From: Acanthaster planci
Taxonomy: Eukaryota
Assembly: GCF_001949145.1 (NCBI RefSeq)
Contig: NW_019091358.1
Location: 1,550,961-1,614,960, forward strand
Reading direction: 5' to 3'
DNA length: 64,000 nucleotides
Numbering within the stretch: position 1 is the stretch's first letter; each line of letters opens with the position of its first letter. This document shows, piece after piece, positions 1-12,745 of the stretch. The position numbers and the translations under genes are program-made. The notes under the pieces were generated by a model. That model saw nothing but the letters and a program-made list of their open reading frames with translations, had not been told where the DNA came from and made no database searches.

Positions 1-44
1 TTCTGTCTTGGGAAAAGTGTCTCGGGAATTCTTCCTGGCCAGAA

Positions 45-271
45 AAATAGTTCGCGGTACCCACTGCTTCATTTGATTCGGATCGGCCAGCCGACCCCGG
101 CAAGCTCGGTGGTCGAGTGGTTAAGACATCTGCACTAGTAAGCAGGAGGTCGTGGGTTCGAGTCCCACCCAAGTAATCTTATGAGGTTTTTTTCACGAGC
201 TCTTGGACAAGCACTGAGCATACAGTGCTTATTAATATACGTTGGGTAAGGGCAAAACCTGTTATATATAA
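45..271 (+). mobile_element. tRNA-derived SINE-like retroelement, copy 1
   Basis: tRNA-like core ~104-174 with A box (tggtcgagtgg), B box (gggttcgagtcc) and ct-AGT-aa loop; hairpin 209-230; (TA)n tail; 13-bp TSD ttcctggccagaa at 32-44 and 272-284. Confidence 0.85.
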
Positions 272-897
272 TTCCTGGCCAGAAGTTGGCCGGTAAAATT
301 TCCTGTGCGGCTTGGGAAAAGTTACTAAGAGGAAGTCTTCCGGGGACGTCTGCACTAGACTTAAAATGGGCAAAGTGCCCATCATCTCGATAAGTTTGCC
401 CCAAAAAGTCCAGTGCGAACAGGGCTTTAGCTATGGAAAGTTACTCTGATATTTCGTTTTAGGTTAAGAAGTTGAGGAATTTCCACCAAAAGTATTACTT
501 TGACAAGGGCTTATTCCTTATGCAGTATAGACCTAGCAGCTACAAGTGGTTAAAGATACAGTTCTCAAAAAAAGTTAGGGACCACTTTTTTCTTGTAATT
601 TTTTCCAAGCAATGAGTGGAGTCTAGTTCTTTCATTTTTGTTTGTCTAAATGATGCTCTCATTACAATAAAAACATTTTTTTTAATGTTTCAAAGCATCA
701 AATGCACGTTTTCAGCAGTAAAATATCTCATATAAAAAAGTATATACAGAATAGAAAAAGGTCCTTAACGTTTTTTGAGTAGTGTATTTCAACAGACTTT
801 GAAGTTATCTGTTTGTAAGTACATGTACAACAGAATTTTGATGTTACCTGTTTGTAAATACAACAGAGTTTTAGCCTTGTCTTTTGTCTTGTTGCAG

Positions 898-1301
898 GGC
901 TGTAGACATAAGAGATTTGAAAATCCTGAAATCCTTTGATGAGCATGGGACAGCCTCAGCGGAGAGACACGACTTGAGCGAAATGTCCCAGAATGCAACC
1001 CTTCACAATGGAACCAGCAACGTACCCAACAACAGCACAACGAACAGCAAACACACAGTGCAGAACAGTGGCGGGCAGAGGATGTCTCGGAAACAGGACC
1101 ATCAGCCTGGCAATGCCAATGGCAAGACACCAACCAAGCAGCGTGCCGATGGGTCGGATGGTGACAGAACAGCACTGCACCTAGGCACGTTGCACTCGGC
1201 ATTCCAGAGGGTGCAAAGGGACGATGGGAAGGGTCAGGGGTTGGAGGAGGAGAGGGAAGCAGTGGATTCCGAGAAGGGGAGAAAGCAGAAATACCACTCA
1301 G
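898..1301 (+). CDS. EDC3: EDC3 exon (LSm end + low-complexity linker)
   Basis: Acceptor ttgttgcag|g, donor tcag|gtaggc; open frame AVDIRDLKILK...KYHS. Confidence 0.88.
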
Positions 1302-4300
1302 GTAGGCTGTGGAAAATGTTTTTCATTAGGCCACTTGATAAAAATACATTGCATACTTCTTGTTTGATTCAAATCTTTTAGGCGGTTTCTACACTCTACC
1401 TTTATTTCTGCTTTTGTCTGATTTAAACCCCCCTACCTTTGAAGCTGTTGACTCATTGAGTCAAATGGTGCCACCTGAACATCAAACTACATGCAGTAGA
1501 GCCAAATACTTAAGTACATGTACATGTTTCTATTCAATTTGAACACTCTAGACCTTCATTTATGGATTGGTTGTAGAGATGAAGCCTTGGACACTGGCAA
1601 AGCCAAGTATTGGAAAACTCCCTCTGTTATTCGCAAAGGCCAATATCTAGAGCAAGTTTCAGTGTGCAGTAAAGTAGAAAAATCTTGCTCTGGTTAATTA
1701 ATGTGCTAAGCAAAGAAATGGGCAGTGAATCAGTCATGCAGATCTTATTACTTTTTGGGCGGTAACCTCTTAACGCTAAGCATACTTCCGAGCTCAACAG
1801 CTCCATGAAATTGGCCCCTGAAATAATGGAGTACCTAACCTGCTACTCTTAGAACTTGTCTTTTGGGCCCTTGGCATGTGGCCATCCAGAAAACTGTACA
1901 TACTATGTTCCAAACATTTTGTCGCATCTGTAGCAGGTCTTTCCTGTAGGTGTGTGTACAATGTACATGTATGTGCAAATGGATTTATTTCAATGAAGGA
2001 ATAACTGTTGGTCCCAAGTTGTCATTCCTCTTGAAAACTGGCTGTTAGATTCTGACACATTTTGAATAGCACAAGGAACTGTGCGAAGTTTTGAGGTAGT
2101 CTCATTTGCCAAAATGGACAGGAGCAATAAAAAAAGGAATTCCACTCTCTGAAAATTTCACTTGCCACACATACTGCATGTACATGTACCTTTACGTTGT
2201 ACTTGACATCCAGTCACCCAAAAGTTGACCAACAGAACACATTTTATTTACGTGTAATTTCCAGGACTTCGAGCTTTCGGTCTACCACAAACAAGTTCAT
2301 CACAACATATACTGAACTCCTAAAGGTTTTCACATACATGTATTTTGTAACAGGGAACTTTGAAGCCAACCAGAAAGTGCGGTCCTCACCCCGCAAAATC
2401 GAAGGCGGTGGCGGGAAACAACGGCGCAATGTCAGCGCCAACGCCAGGAACGAGGAGTGTTTCTCTGCTCCAGTGGAGTCATTCCTGGCCACGGACTTTG
2501 ACTTCGACAAGAGCAGGAAGTCTTTCAACAAGGCAGCCATTTTCGAGGAGATCCACTCAGCCATGGGAGACAACAAGAAGAAGATTAAGAATATCCCTCA
2601 CGATGAGCACATTGTGTTCAAGAACATCCCAGCCTTTCTTCACGACAATGGAAGCAGACAAGTGAAGTGTTCCTCCTATACAGCAGGTACAAAAACAAAA
2701 GAGAAAATGCTCAACAACTGCTTAGGATTCTATATGGTGTTGTGGGTAAATTGGGTTTAGGCACTCTTTTGGTTAGACAATGCGGGTACATGTTGGTAAG
2801 TTTGGTTTAGAGTATTAACAGTCTCTCATTGGAGATTCACAACATCACACTGGTACATGTAGTTTACCCACATCAATAATATTTTAGGACATCAAGCTTT
2901 GCAAATTCAGCAGGAAAGAGTTGCATTCTAGATGCTCTGTGGTGCAATCTGAGACACTTCTATAAAATATAAAATTTTAGTTCACTACTCCAAAGGAGAT
3001 CTCACTTGGGCAATGTCCCGGTGTTTCTGCAAACCTATTTGTCAGAAGATATCTGTGTCTGTATCATTCAGCCAGCAACCTGTCATCTTCTGACACATCC
3101 TCCTAATGCTACATGTGGAGCACAGTTAAATATAATTGGGACCTCCACTCTTCACCGATATATCACGACTACAGTGGAATGCCGTTTGCCGAACACCGCT
3201 ATACCGAACATTCGGCTGTACCGAACATCATCCTTGGCCCCCAATAATTTGTGCACAGAACCTACCGAACACTATTCAGTTGCCGTTTGTAATTTCCATA
3301 CATCAACATGATAAAAAGGTCAGTGTTTTTTATGTTGGAAAGTGACAAGTGGCAGTTATTTCCCCAAGGATTAGAAGGGAAAGCCACTAGTTGTCAACGG
3401 TATTGAATAGACACTGGGTTTACAACTCCACATGATCGGGTGCGGAAGAAAACCGCACATATGCCCACGGTGGCATTGCACTAACAGTAGTCTAAAGAGG
3501 GCGCCGCTGATACACAAATCAACTGAGATTCGCCACAGCATGCATCAGAGATCGATCCTGAGTGGTACATGTAGTTTCACGACTTTTAGGATAAACTTGA
3601 TATCAATTTTTTTTGTCAAGTGTAAATGAAAAACAGAAATAATTAACAGATACATTTCTAGAAACCTTAAACTTGAATGCAATGGCAAAACATCACGAAA
3701 ACAATGAACCAAGGTATCACAAGATGGTGCACTTCGCTTAGACAAGAGAGGGCGCTATTCAACATGGCAACAAAACCTTCGGCAGTTAAATTCGCTATAC
3801 CGAACGACCGCTGTACCAAACATTTAGCGTGGACCCTGTCTTGTTCGTTATAGCGGCGTTCCACTGTGTATTATAACACAAAATGCAAAATATTTCCCCG
3901 CCTCGATTTCTATATGCAGATATTTCTTAACTTTCGTCATGTCTTTCGTCACCACGATGAGTCAGCACATAATTTCATACGGTAGAATTTCTCAGCCCGC
4001 GCAGCTTTTATTGTCTGCTGTATGCGCCGGCCAGGCTCATGTGCTACACGCACACACCAGCAGTGTGTGTAAAAACCGTCTGGTATCCATCTGACAAATA
4101 CGATGTGTACAGCACAGATGGCAGCAATTTGAGACATTCCGATGGTGTTGAGTATGTTATACATTTACATCAGTGGTTTTTACTCTACTGTCTCCAGAAA
4201 CTGGTGTGATCATCCCTGCAGTGTCCGTGGATGTTGCTCAGAGCCTGTGGCAAGTGGCTGACAAGCTGGGCTTGACTACCGAGAGGAGACTGGAGGCCGG

Positions 4301-7300
4301 TGGGGTGAGCATCGCCAAGATGGTGCTACGTCTCATTGATGGTAAAACCAGGTAATGAAAAATTCACAATAATACTAAATATAATGCTAATCTCTCACAC
4401 AGTATAGCTGCAACTATTTCAGGTGCTTACCTGGTTTAATCAACCAAAATAAGCCTCCCTGCCTCTAGGCAAGTGAGGGTAAAATAAAGTGATTGGCCCA
4501 AGGTCAGAATGTGCCACTTGTGCAGTATACGCTTGTAGAATTTACACCCAGACCTTGCTATTGCCCATTGCGTACCCTAACCACTACGCCACAGTTTCTT
4601 ACAAATTTACTCTGGGATTCTTGGAGTTGTGTCTGTGTGAAGCTCGGACAACTTAGTTTGCTGCAGTGGGCATAAACCTCTTTGGACAATATGCTGCCTT
4701 TTGGGAGGAACAGACAGTGTCGTCACTATTTTGAAGTGAATCCTACATTCCTGCAAGGTCCATGGTGGGCTGTTCTTGGCTGGTTGAATTGTTTCAAAAT
4801 AGTCATTGAACAGAGTTTTAGAAAAATTTGGAAAGAGGTTCAATCGCCAAGTAAGACTTCTGAGCATCACTCTGTGGATGTGAATGTTCCTTGAAGTCAA
4901 AGCCAAGTGAAGCAGAGTTTTTCCAAGCGTGAGCTCTCCAGCTCATTTGTCAAGTATATTACACGCTGCATTCCCAAATTTTTTTGGAATGCTTTCTTTT
5001 TAACCTGTTTATGACAACACACGTACACTGTGTTGTTGGTTTGATCAGGAGACAAAAAGTATGGCTGAAATTTAAGAATTAATAGTTTTACCAGAAATAA
5101 GAATTGAACTTGTTTTCTGTTGTGTTTGCAGCTTTGAATTCATTGGCAAACAGCAAAAATGTGTCTCCAAATATTTAGTTGTGGGCATGACCAACCTATA
5201 GAGGGCTCTCACATTGCATACAATTCATATGGGCGGCTGAAGTGTGCAATTGTGGCACATTGGTTTGTATCTGATGTTACCTGAAAATGTATGTTTGCTT
5301 TTAACCACTTCCTACCGGGGATCCCGGTTTCGGGCATCGTGTGTTTGTACGTGTGGCCGGGGTCTCTGAAATCGGACAAAGGGAACTTGGCCTTGCAACA
5401 AAAGACCGTTCTCGGAACAAAAGACCAGGCTGCTGGGCATTACCGACATTTTTTCACTCTCAATAGTGGAGAAAATCCAGCCTTGTTGTGGAACAGTATA
5501 CCACAGTCTGGGCATTTAGTGCGAGCGGATTACCACCGAGGAAAAAAGCGCTCCACCAATGTAGCGATGAGCCACACAGCACCGCTGCACACTAATCTGG
5601 CCCGTATTGAAAAGAGGTCAGCAGCGCACTGTGCCAGGTTCATGAACAAAAGAAAGTTACATAACTGCAGGCCTGCTGAAATACTCGGGCGTCAATAGAT
5701 TTGTCTGTCAGACTAGAGTGGTCACCAGACAGTAATTCATGTGGGTGTATTAACGTACATTAATTGAAATGAAGAATTTTTGAAGAATTTTGAAAACTGA
5801 AAATCTTGAAAAAGTCCCGATTATGTGCACTGTGTTTTTCAAACCACCTTGCAGCAAGTGGTTAGAGAGTGTCACATTTTCACAATCCCATTTTGTATGG
5901 TGATATTTGTTTGTTGGTGTTTTATGGTTGGTTGAGATTTAACTGTGAATTATTTTTTTGCTTTTGCACTGACAGCCAGCGGTAGATTTACCAGCCACTG
6001 GTAGGCAAGAATAGGACTGAGACTGTGTGCTATTTCTTCATTATTTATTCCGATTCAGCTTGGAATGCGTTGTTCAATCTAACTGGCTTGTATTTTATTG
6101 TTTTACTTCTCCCCCCCCCTTTGGTGTGCCTTTCACCAGGGTCAGTGACCGGTCGTCCATTCTGGTCGTCTGCGGCCCCCACCTGCAGGGGGCCCAGGGC
6201 ATCAACTGCGCCCGCCACCTGGCCAATCACTGCGTAGACGTCACGCTCTTCATGCCCAACTTTGCCAAAATGCCGGAGGTGCTGGTGGCCGAACTGAAAT
6301 TGTTCAAAGAGACAACTGGGAAACACGTCACCAGTATTGGGGGTAAGGTACAATGTCTCCATTTAGATTCCAGAAAACTATCATGATACCCTCTATGATC
6401 CCCTGCTGATAGCTTTGCTCTGTTGACACTCAGTTTCATTCCCCAGTTTCAACTCTTCACACTTCAAGCGGAGGTGCCTGCAAGCGGCCATCCATTTTAT
6501 TTATCAGTTTCATGCAAGAAAAAAATTATGCATTGTGGAATCGAGACTAGAAATAGAATAATAATTCTGTACTGGATATTATCATCAACTTTTATGTATT
6601 TTTGAATAGTGTACATAGTAACCAATCCGTTTCCCCTACCTTACAGCTCTTGTATTTGTGAAAATAATGAATATTACCCATAGACACCCTGCTTTGAATC
6701 CTTATATTTTTGGTATGTTCCTTTCATTTGTATGCAGTGACGTAAATCTGTGTTGGAAATTGGGTCGATGGGGAAAGGTGGGGCAGGATGACTTACCCGG
6801 CCATAGAAATTTGAAAAGCCAGGGGGACACCATATACACTATATTGGGGGCAATGTTCATGTTTAAGATGTACATCTGTAATGTGTATCAAATTTATGCA
6901 GAATCTTACATCAGAATGGTATATTTATCGCTTTTTAAAATTGCTTTCCCTTTTTAGTGATATTGCAGACATTTTAGTCGTTGGGAAATCCTGAAAATTC
7001 TTCACAATCCGCTTAAATTTTTTTGCTCATCACAAAACAGTAGGGGGGATGATTCAGCAGCCCACCCCCACCTCAAAAAGAGGGGGGATATACATGTACA
7101 CATACGGTATACCCCCCCCATCCCCCAGGATTTACGCCCATGTTTGTATGCCAAATGTCAATGGCTAAATTAGTTGCTGTATTTTTCAGATTCACACACA
7201 CGTACTGTGTTTCCAAAGCTCTTGCCTCCTCTCCTTTCCTTAATCATCACTGACACTCAGAGAAAAAGGTTTGAATGAAATAAATCCGAAGAACCCTTTT

Positions 7301-8384
7301 AACCACTTCCTGTCAGGGACTCGGGGATCGGAGACNNNNNNNNNNNNNNNNNNNNNNNNNNNNNNNNNNNNNNNNNNNNNNNNNNNNNNNNNNNNNNNNN
7401 NNNNNNNNNNNNNNNNNNNNNNNNNNNNNNNNNNNNNNNNNNNNNNNNNNNNNNNNNNNNNNNNNNNNNNNNNNNNNNNNNNNNNNNNNNNNNNNNNNNN
7501 NNNNNNNNNNNNNNNNNNNNNNNNNNNNNNNNNNNNNNNNNNNNGTGCCTGAAGATTATTGCGTGTGGCTATAAACGACCGTTAAATGAAATGATGAATT
7601 TTTGAAGGATTTTGAAAATGGAAAAAATGATAGTCATGCCGGCCCAGCGTCATCAACATTGAAAAATGCCCCGGCACGAAGTGGTTAATGTTCAAGTCAT
7701 GTAAGCCGACACACCTAGTTCACGACCAGTGTTTTTTCCCTACGTCAAATAGCTAGAAGAACAGCAGCCTTCTTGCCATCACCAGGGTAATCTCAAATTT
7801 TAGTACAGTGTGTCACAAGTATGCACAATATCACCAAAAACTATGGAAAAGTTCCTCAAACAAGTGCAGCCATACCAACAAACACTATGTACTTTACATA
7901 ATGCAGTACGGGTGTCAGTATTATGATGCTGATGCATCTGTAAGTTGACCCTTGTGAAAAGGTCATCCAAAGGGCATGTCCCACAGCCTTATCCAACCTT
8001 CCAAAGTAAGGATGTAACATCTGGTTTGTATTTCCCTTTTTTCTACTCATTACAGACTTACCCGAAGAGCCCCCTGATCTGATTGTCAGTGCAGTGGACA
8101 GCCCGATGGATACTGCCCTGCCCAAGCAGCCCTGGCTCAAGAGCATCGTCACCTGGGTCACGGCCAACAAGGCGTCAGTTCTGTCCATTGACCCAAGCCC
8201 CAGCCACAGTGTGCGGAGCAAGTGGTCAGTTATCACCGCTCTCCCTCTTTCGTACGAAAACACCAACGTCGGCATGCTGTACCTGTGCGACGTGGGCATT
8301 CCGGCTCAAGTCTTCAGTTCCATCGGCGTGAACTACGCATCCCCCTTTAAGGACAAGTTCATCGTAAGGCTTCACAATCATTAA
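898..8384 (+). CDS. EDC3: Enhancer of mRNA-decapping protein 3, 5'-partial; coding exons 898-1301, 2354-2686, 4198-4351, 6140-6342, 8056-8384
   Basis: All junctions are GT-AG and phase-compatible. Translation shows the LSm C-terminal end (AVDIRDLKIL), the FDF motif (ATDFDFDKSRKSFNKAAIFEEI) and YjeF_N motifs (VVCGPHLQGAQGINCARHLANH; SVLSIDP; LYLCDVGIP..YASPFKDKFIVRLH*), which closely follow metazoan EDC3. The start exon lies upstream of the window. Confidence 0.95.
2354..2686 (+). CDS. EDC3: EDC3 exon (FDF domain)
   Basis: Acceptor taacag|gg, donor gcag|gtacaa; contains DFDF..FNKAAIFEEI. Confidence 0.93.
3172..3866. mobile_element. Tc1/mariner-pogo (Tigger-like) MITE
   Basis: TIRs cagtggaatgccgttt / (rc) cagtggaacgccgcta; TA on the left flank; internal ataccgaac subrepeats. 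Confidence 0.65.
4198..4351 (+). CDS. EDC3: EDC3 exon (start of YjeF_N)
   Basis: Acceptor ctccag|aa, donor ccag|gtaatg; ETGVIIPAVS...GLTTERRLEAGG. Confidence 0.92.
5305..5861. mobile_element. piggyBac-like MITE, copy 1
   Basis: ttaa|ccactt...aagtgg|ttag; shares internal gaatttttgaag.attttgaaaa with copy 2. Confidence 0.6.
6140..6342 (+). CDS. EDC3: EDC3 exon (YjeF_N core)
   Basis: Acceptor caccag|g, donor ggg|gtaagg; CGPHLQGAQGINCARHLANH. Confidence 0.93.
6735..7142. mobile_element. hAT-like MITE
   Basis: Perfect 8-bp TSD tttgtatg (6727-6734, 7143-7150); imperfect TIRs cagtgacgtaaatc / (rc) catgggcgtaaatc. Confidence 0.7.
7303..7684. mobile_element. piggyBac-like MITE, copy 2 (spans an N gap)
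   Basis: TTAA TSD on both sides; TIRs ccacttcctgtcaggg / (rc) ccacttcgtgccgggg. Confidence 0.72.
7336..7544. other. Assembly gap (N run)
   Basis: Ns in sequence. Confidence 1.
8056..8384 (+). CDS. EDC3: EDC3 terminal coding exon
   Basis: Acceptor ttacag|ac; DLPEEPPDLIV...KFIVRLHNH*, TAA at 8382-8384. Confidence 0.93.
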
Positions 8385-11300
8385 CTCTTGCACAATGCTA
8401 GTGCAGATAGTACTGTGCTATTGTGAACCTGTTCTGTTCAGCATTGTAAAAACTTGTTTTTTTAATTCTAATTTCTATTTATTTTATCGGTTCCAAGAGG
8501 ATATTTTCTACCATATTTTTTTATGCGTGGAATGTAAGAAGTGTTTGCGTTCAACCACAGTACAGATTAAAGTTAAACTGTTAAGTTTAAAACAATCATT
8601 CCATGGGATATGATAGGGGGATTATTTGATTGCAGATGCTAAAAATGGTTTTTATCCCTAGATTCGAACTTCATGCATCAAAATTCACGGAGATGCCCCT
8701 CACAGAAATGGGCTGATCACAGAATACAAGGGTACCAACCAAAAATGCTGTACATTGTGTACCTCATGAGATACATGTAGGTAACCTGCTGATTTCTGCT
8801 CAGCATGTAAAATTTGCAGAGTTACATTTCCAGGTCTTTGAAATGGGGCCCAGCTGGATCTGGGTTATTTTGATGGGCTCCATCTCCAGCCAAGCTTCTA
8901 TGTGCCCCACATACGTGTACATACGTGTAGGACTACAAGGAATGGTCTGTTTTCCCCCTTTTAATTCACTGTGCAGTGTTGGCTTCAGTAGGGGAATTAG
9001 GTTGTACATTGTAGTTATATCTTTCACAAGTTGAGCCACAAGTATCTTCTCAAGACCTGTCATAAGTAAAAGGGTTAACAGCAACAAAAGACCAAGGCCG
9101 AAGAGCATGGCATTGGACATTACCAAATTAACATTACCAAATGAATTAACAACTTCAGACTAGCACAGCTATGGAAACATGAAGTTTTAGGGCACAACTT
9201 CTGAAAAGGAACTTGGATTATTCTACAAGTACTTTCTTTTAGAATTTAGTTTTACAAAACTCTGATAATATGAAACCTTAAATCTAAATTGTAATGTCGC
9301 CTTTGGGTGGTTACAATGCATTGCAATGTCCACGTTCTTCAACTTTGTTCCAAGTTCAATATTTGGCAGTAAATTTGGTTTTCAAAGCACTTGATTGTCT
9401 AGGGAAGGGAGACAGTACATGTACATTGTATTTTACAATGGAATATGCTTTCAGTTCCAATTCTGTGATGGGAATCATATGTGTGCATGTCGTATTTTCT
9501 TTATCGAGCAATCTTTAGTTGCACTCTAAGCAACTGTTTCACTGTTCTTAGTTACATGTAATTATTTTTTTCTGCCATGTATATGTATTCCTAAAACACT
9601 GTCCTTGAAAACTAACAAGAAATGACAAAGGATTGTGTTTGTAACTTTGATATCAGTGGCTTGGAAGCTGGAAGCACCGTCGGTTTCAGCAGTATTCTAG
9701 TCCTAATTGTCAGAGACCAGTTCTACTGGGCTCTAACAAGAAAACGAGGATGAGGATTTCCCAAGATAGCTGCCATCTATCTGTTTGTTCAGTGTGGCTT
9801 GTAATTCACGGGATGGCTGTAATATAACAGTGTTGGCTTTTCTTTCTTTTTCTGGTTGAAAAGTGATGCATCTACTCGCACATTTGTATATGAAGGTTTG
9901 CATTTCTGAAAGCTAAACATGGCCTCCAGACACACAGTGTTTGTTTGCATTATTTGCATTTGTGGGCATTGTTAAAGTGCATTGACTTGGTGTCTACTTA
10001 TGAAAAAAGTTCCAGCAGGTGAGCAAATATTACTGTTTGTTGAAAGCTGTGAAAAGCTGGTGATTGTGAAAGAGATGAAAAACTCGACTGAAAGAGGCCA
10101 GCACTGTGCTAAAAACTATTCAAAACAAAGATTTTTCAATTGCATTTCAAAAAATCATTAGAGCACTATGTGGGCTGTCTAACTTTACATGCGTATATAA
10201 TCAGGAAAAAGTGGTTGTCTTTCATTCATATTTCTTTTCACAACTCAGGTCTTTATAAATACTTCTTTTCAAACTGTTACCCATTTGCAGTTATTGGTAG
10301 ATGAAGCAAGTTGATCAAACATGTGACCAGTGGATGTACATGTGTCATTGTTTTGCACAATGTTTATAAAATTTATATGTTGCTTTCTCACTTTCTGAAG
10401 ACTAAGAAAAGTGTGAGAAGTTGAAAACATGTTAAAAGTGTGAAAACTGTTCAATTTTACAAGCTCACAAGGGGTTTTGCAGTTTCATACGTTCAGTAAA
10501 GAATGTCAAGACATTTGATGTAATTTGAAGAAAAAAAGATTTTCCACTTTTGGTTAAAAATTTTCAAAAGTATTTTCAGGGTTGGGGGTTCAGGCGGTTC
10601 TTGTAAAAGTGGCACGTCATGTTTACTGTCAGTGCATGATAATACAAGAAGTATAGACACTGAAGAAATTTTTTTCATAACGGCAGTCGCTTTAACAAAC
10701 AGCACATTTTGAATCTTACTTTCCGAAATGTGGAAAGAAACTCATTATGTTCAGGTTTGCAGTTTGAAATAAAAACAGTCGGGACATTTCTGTTTTTTGT
10801 TCGTGGGACTTTTTATTTTACAGTGACGATGGCCTCAGTTCCTGCTGCAGTATACTGGTTTGAATGGTAGCAGTTGTTTTACTCATCAAAGTTACTGCTC
10901 ATTTTATCTTGGGTTTGTCATAAAAAATATTTATGACCATTAATTTATTCTACGTGTATTTAGGCGTTTACATTGTGTGCTACTTTTCTCAACAAATTCA
11001 CCTCTGCTTTTCAATAAAAAGGCATGGGGAATCATAAATTCACTGAAGAGAGTTGTTACTTCCGTCATTAAAAATTATCTTAAAGAAATTCACTCACATA
11101 GATGAAAACGGGACCTTCTGAGTATTGACTTCCCTCTCCTTTTGTAGCTGTAGCGATAGTTTGGTCATTATCCATGTATGTGCACATAAAGTGACATAGC
11201 ACCCATTTTGTGCTTTGCGGGAGCTTGTTAGGTGAAGGATTTTGACGGCATCTTATTGTGCTCACATGTATTAGTTGCCTTGTTTTCACGCCCTTTGGAC

Positions 11301-11920
11301 TGCGGGTTCTCTTGGAACCCCGTAGTTACTTGTCTACAGACATGTGATTTTCGAGTCATGGACTCCACCACATTGAGCAACGGATGACACTCATCGGACT
11401 ACAGAGTATATAGACACTAACTGACCACTGGTCATACAAGAGGAACGAAACCCAAGTAAGGCCCAGATCGCAAAATACACTTGAAGACGAACGCGTTGAG
11501 AACACCTTAATTATGCTGAAGTTATTTTTTCTATTACCACAGATAAACTTGATAGCTATTATGAACAGGAACAGTACGCCAGACTACTCTGTCCTGACTG
11601 CATTCGATATCCATTTTTGGTTTTCCTTCAACACATCAATATGAAAATCTTATCTACATGTATTTGAAACACAGTGTTTTAAAATACAGCAGGGTGAGGT
11701 GATCTGCATTAGACGTAGCTCCAAACTTTAATGTTTGACCTTGTTTGACAATGTTTAACCACGACGTTCAGAAAGTTGAAACACGACGTTTGTCTGTCAG
11801 TTTTAGAACACTGGGGAGCCGTCACCGTCCCTTACGTGCTCTTACCAGGTCCAACGCATCATTCTACGGTCAGCAAGCATCCGGGTCTTTCACTCTGCTC
11901 CCAAAAAGTTGCAAGCCCAC

Positions 11921-12075
11921 AATGACAAAGAACACCCCAGCAGCCGCTCAGGGTGCACGCACACACCTCCAAGCACCACATCCACTGGGACTCGACGCAG
12001 ATTATCGCCCCCATCAAGAACTGGCTCCCCAGAGGTATATGAGAAACCATCGAGATCTTCCAACACAACATCGTC
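11921..12075 (+). mobile_element. Penelope-like element GIY-YIG endonuclease C-terminal remnant
   Basis: KEH.. then VHAHTSKHHIHWDSTQIIAPIKNWLPRGI*ETIEIFQH resembles the PLE motif 'EH...H.I.W....I......RxIxEAI.I'; contains a stop and a frameshift. Confidence 0.55.
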
Positions 12076-12374
12076 TAACAATACATCAGATTCCAGATGA
12101 CATCTGGTGACCACCCCTACAAGCCAACCCCCCCCCCCGACGTTAGGATTCTCTATACCCGAAGTCCACACACAGCTTCCCGGTGTTAGTGTCACCTATA
12201 CCCGAAGCCGCCATCCCAAACCCACCCGTCGCTTCCATCAGCAGCCAGCATCAACCCACCCCAGTAACAAGTGACCGAAGCCATGCAGCCACTTCATGCT
12301 CCAGCTAGCAGGATCCAGCATCCACCACCATGCGCTCCACTAACCACCAGCCAAGCCAATTCCCTCTCCCTAAA

Positions 12375-12745
12375 TCGGTGCTGAACTCCAAACCCATTGG
12401 GGAGACACCCACACTTTGATCTGGCTGACCTAAAGGGCGTGGTTAAACCACAAAGACACACTGTGTGCTCCAAGGTGCAAAATCAACAACGCATGTGTGG
12501 TGGGCACACTCCTCTTAGTACGCAAGTGAGATATTGACATTGAGCGAGGCCTAGAGAAACATGTAGATGCCTACCTTCTGCATGTGTTCCCTCCGTCGCA
12601 AACATCTCATGGAAAGACATACAATGTACATGTAGCTAGTCCCCAACAGTGAAGTGCTACAATCCACTGTCGAATGGATGATGACAGAAACCGGGATCTT
12701 CTGTATGGAGAACTAGTGATTAGGAAGAGGTCCTGCAGTGATGCA
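12375..12745 (+). mobile_element. RTE-clade LINE 3' fragment (decayed)
   Basis: Frameshifted pieces NACVVGTLL / YASEILTL / LEKHVDAY / ANISWKD / VPNSEVLQ / DLLYGELVIRKR match the post-RT region of RTE elements. Confidence 0.65.

Noticed and set aside
104..174. Functional tRNA-Thr(AGT) gene (also 33104-33174)
   Set aside because: It is embedded in a repeated element with TSDs and a shared tail, and the acceptor and anticodon stems are imperfect; better explained as a SINE head.
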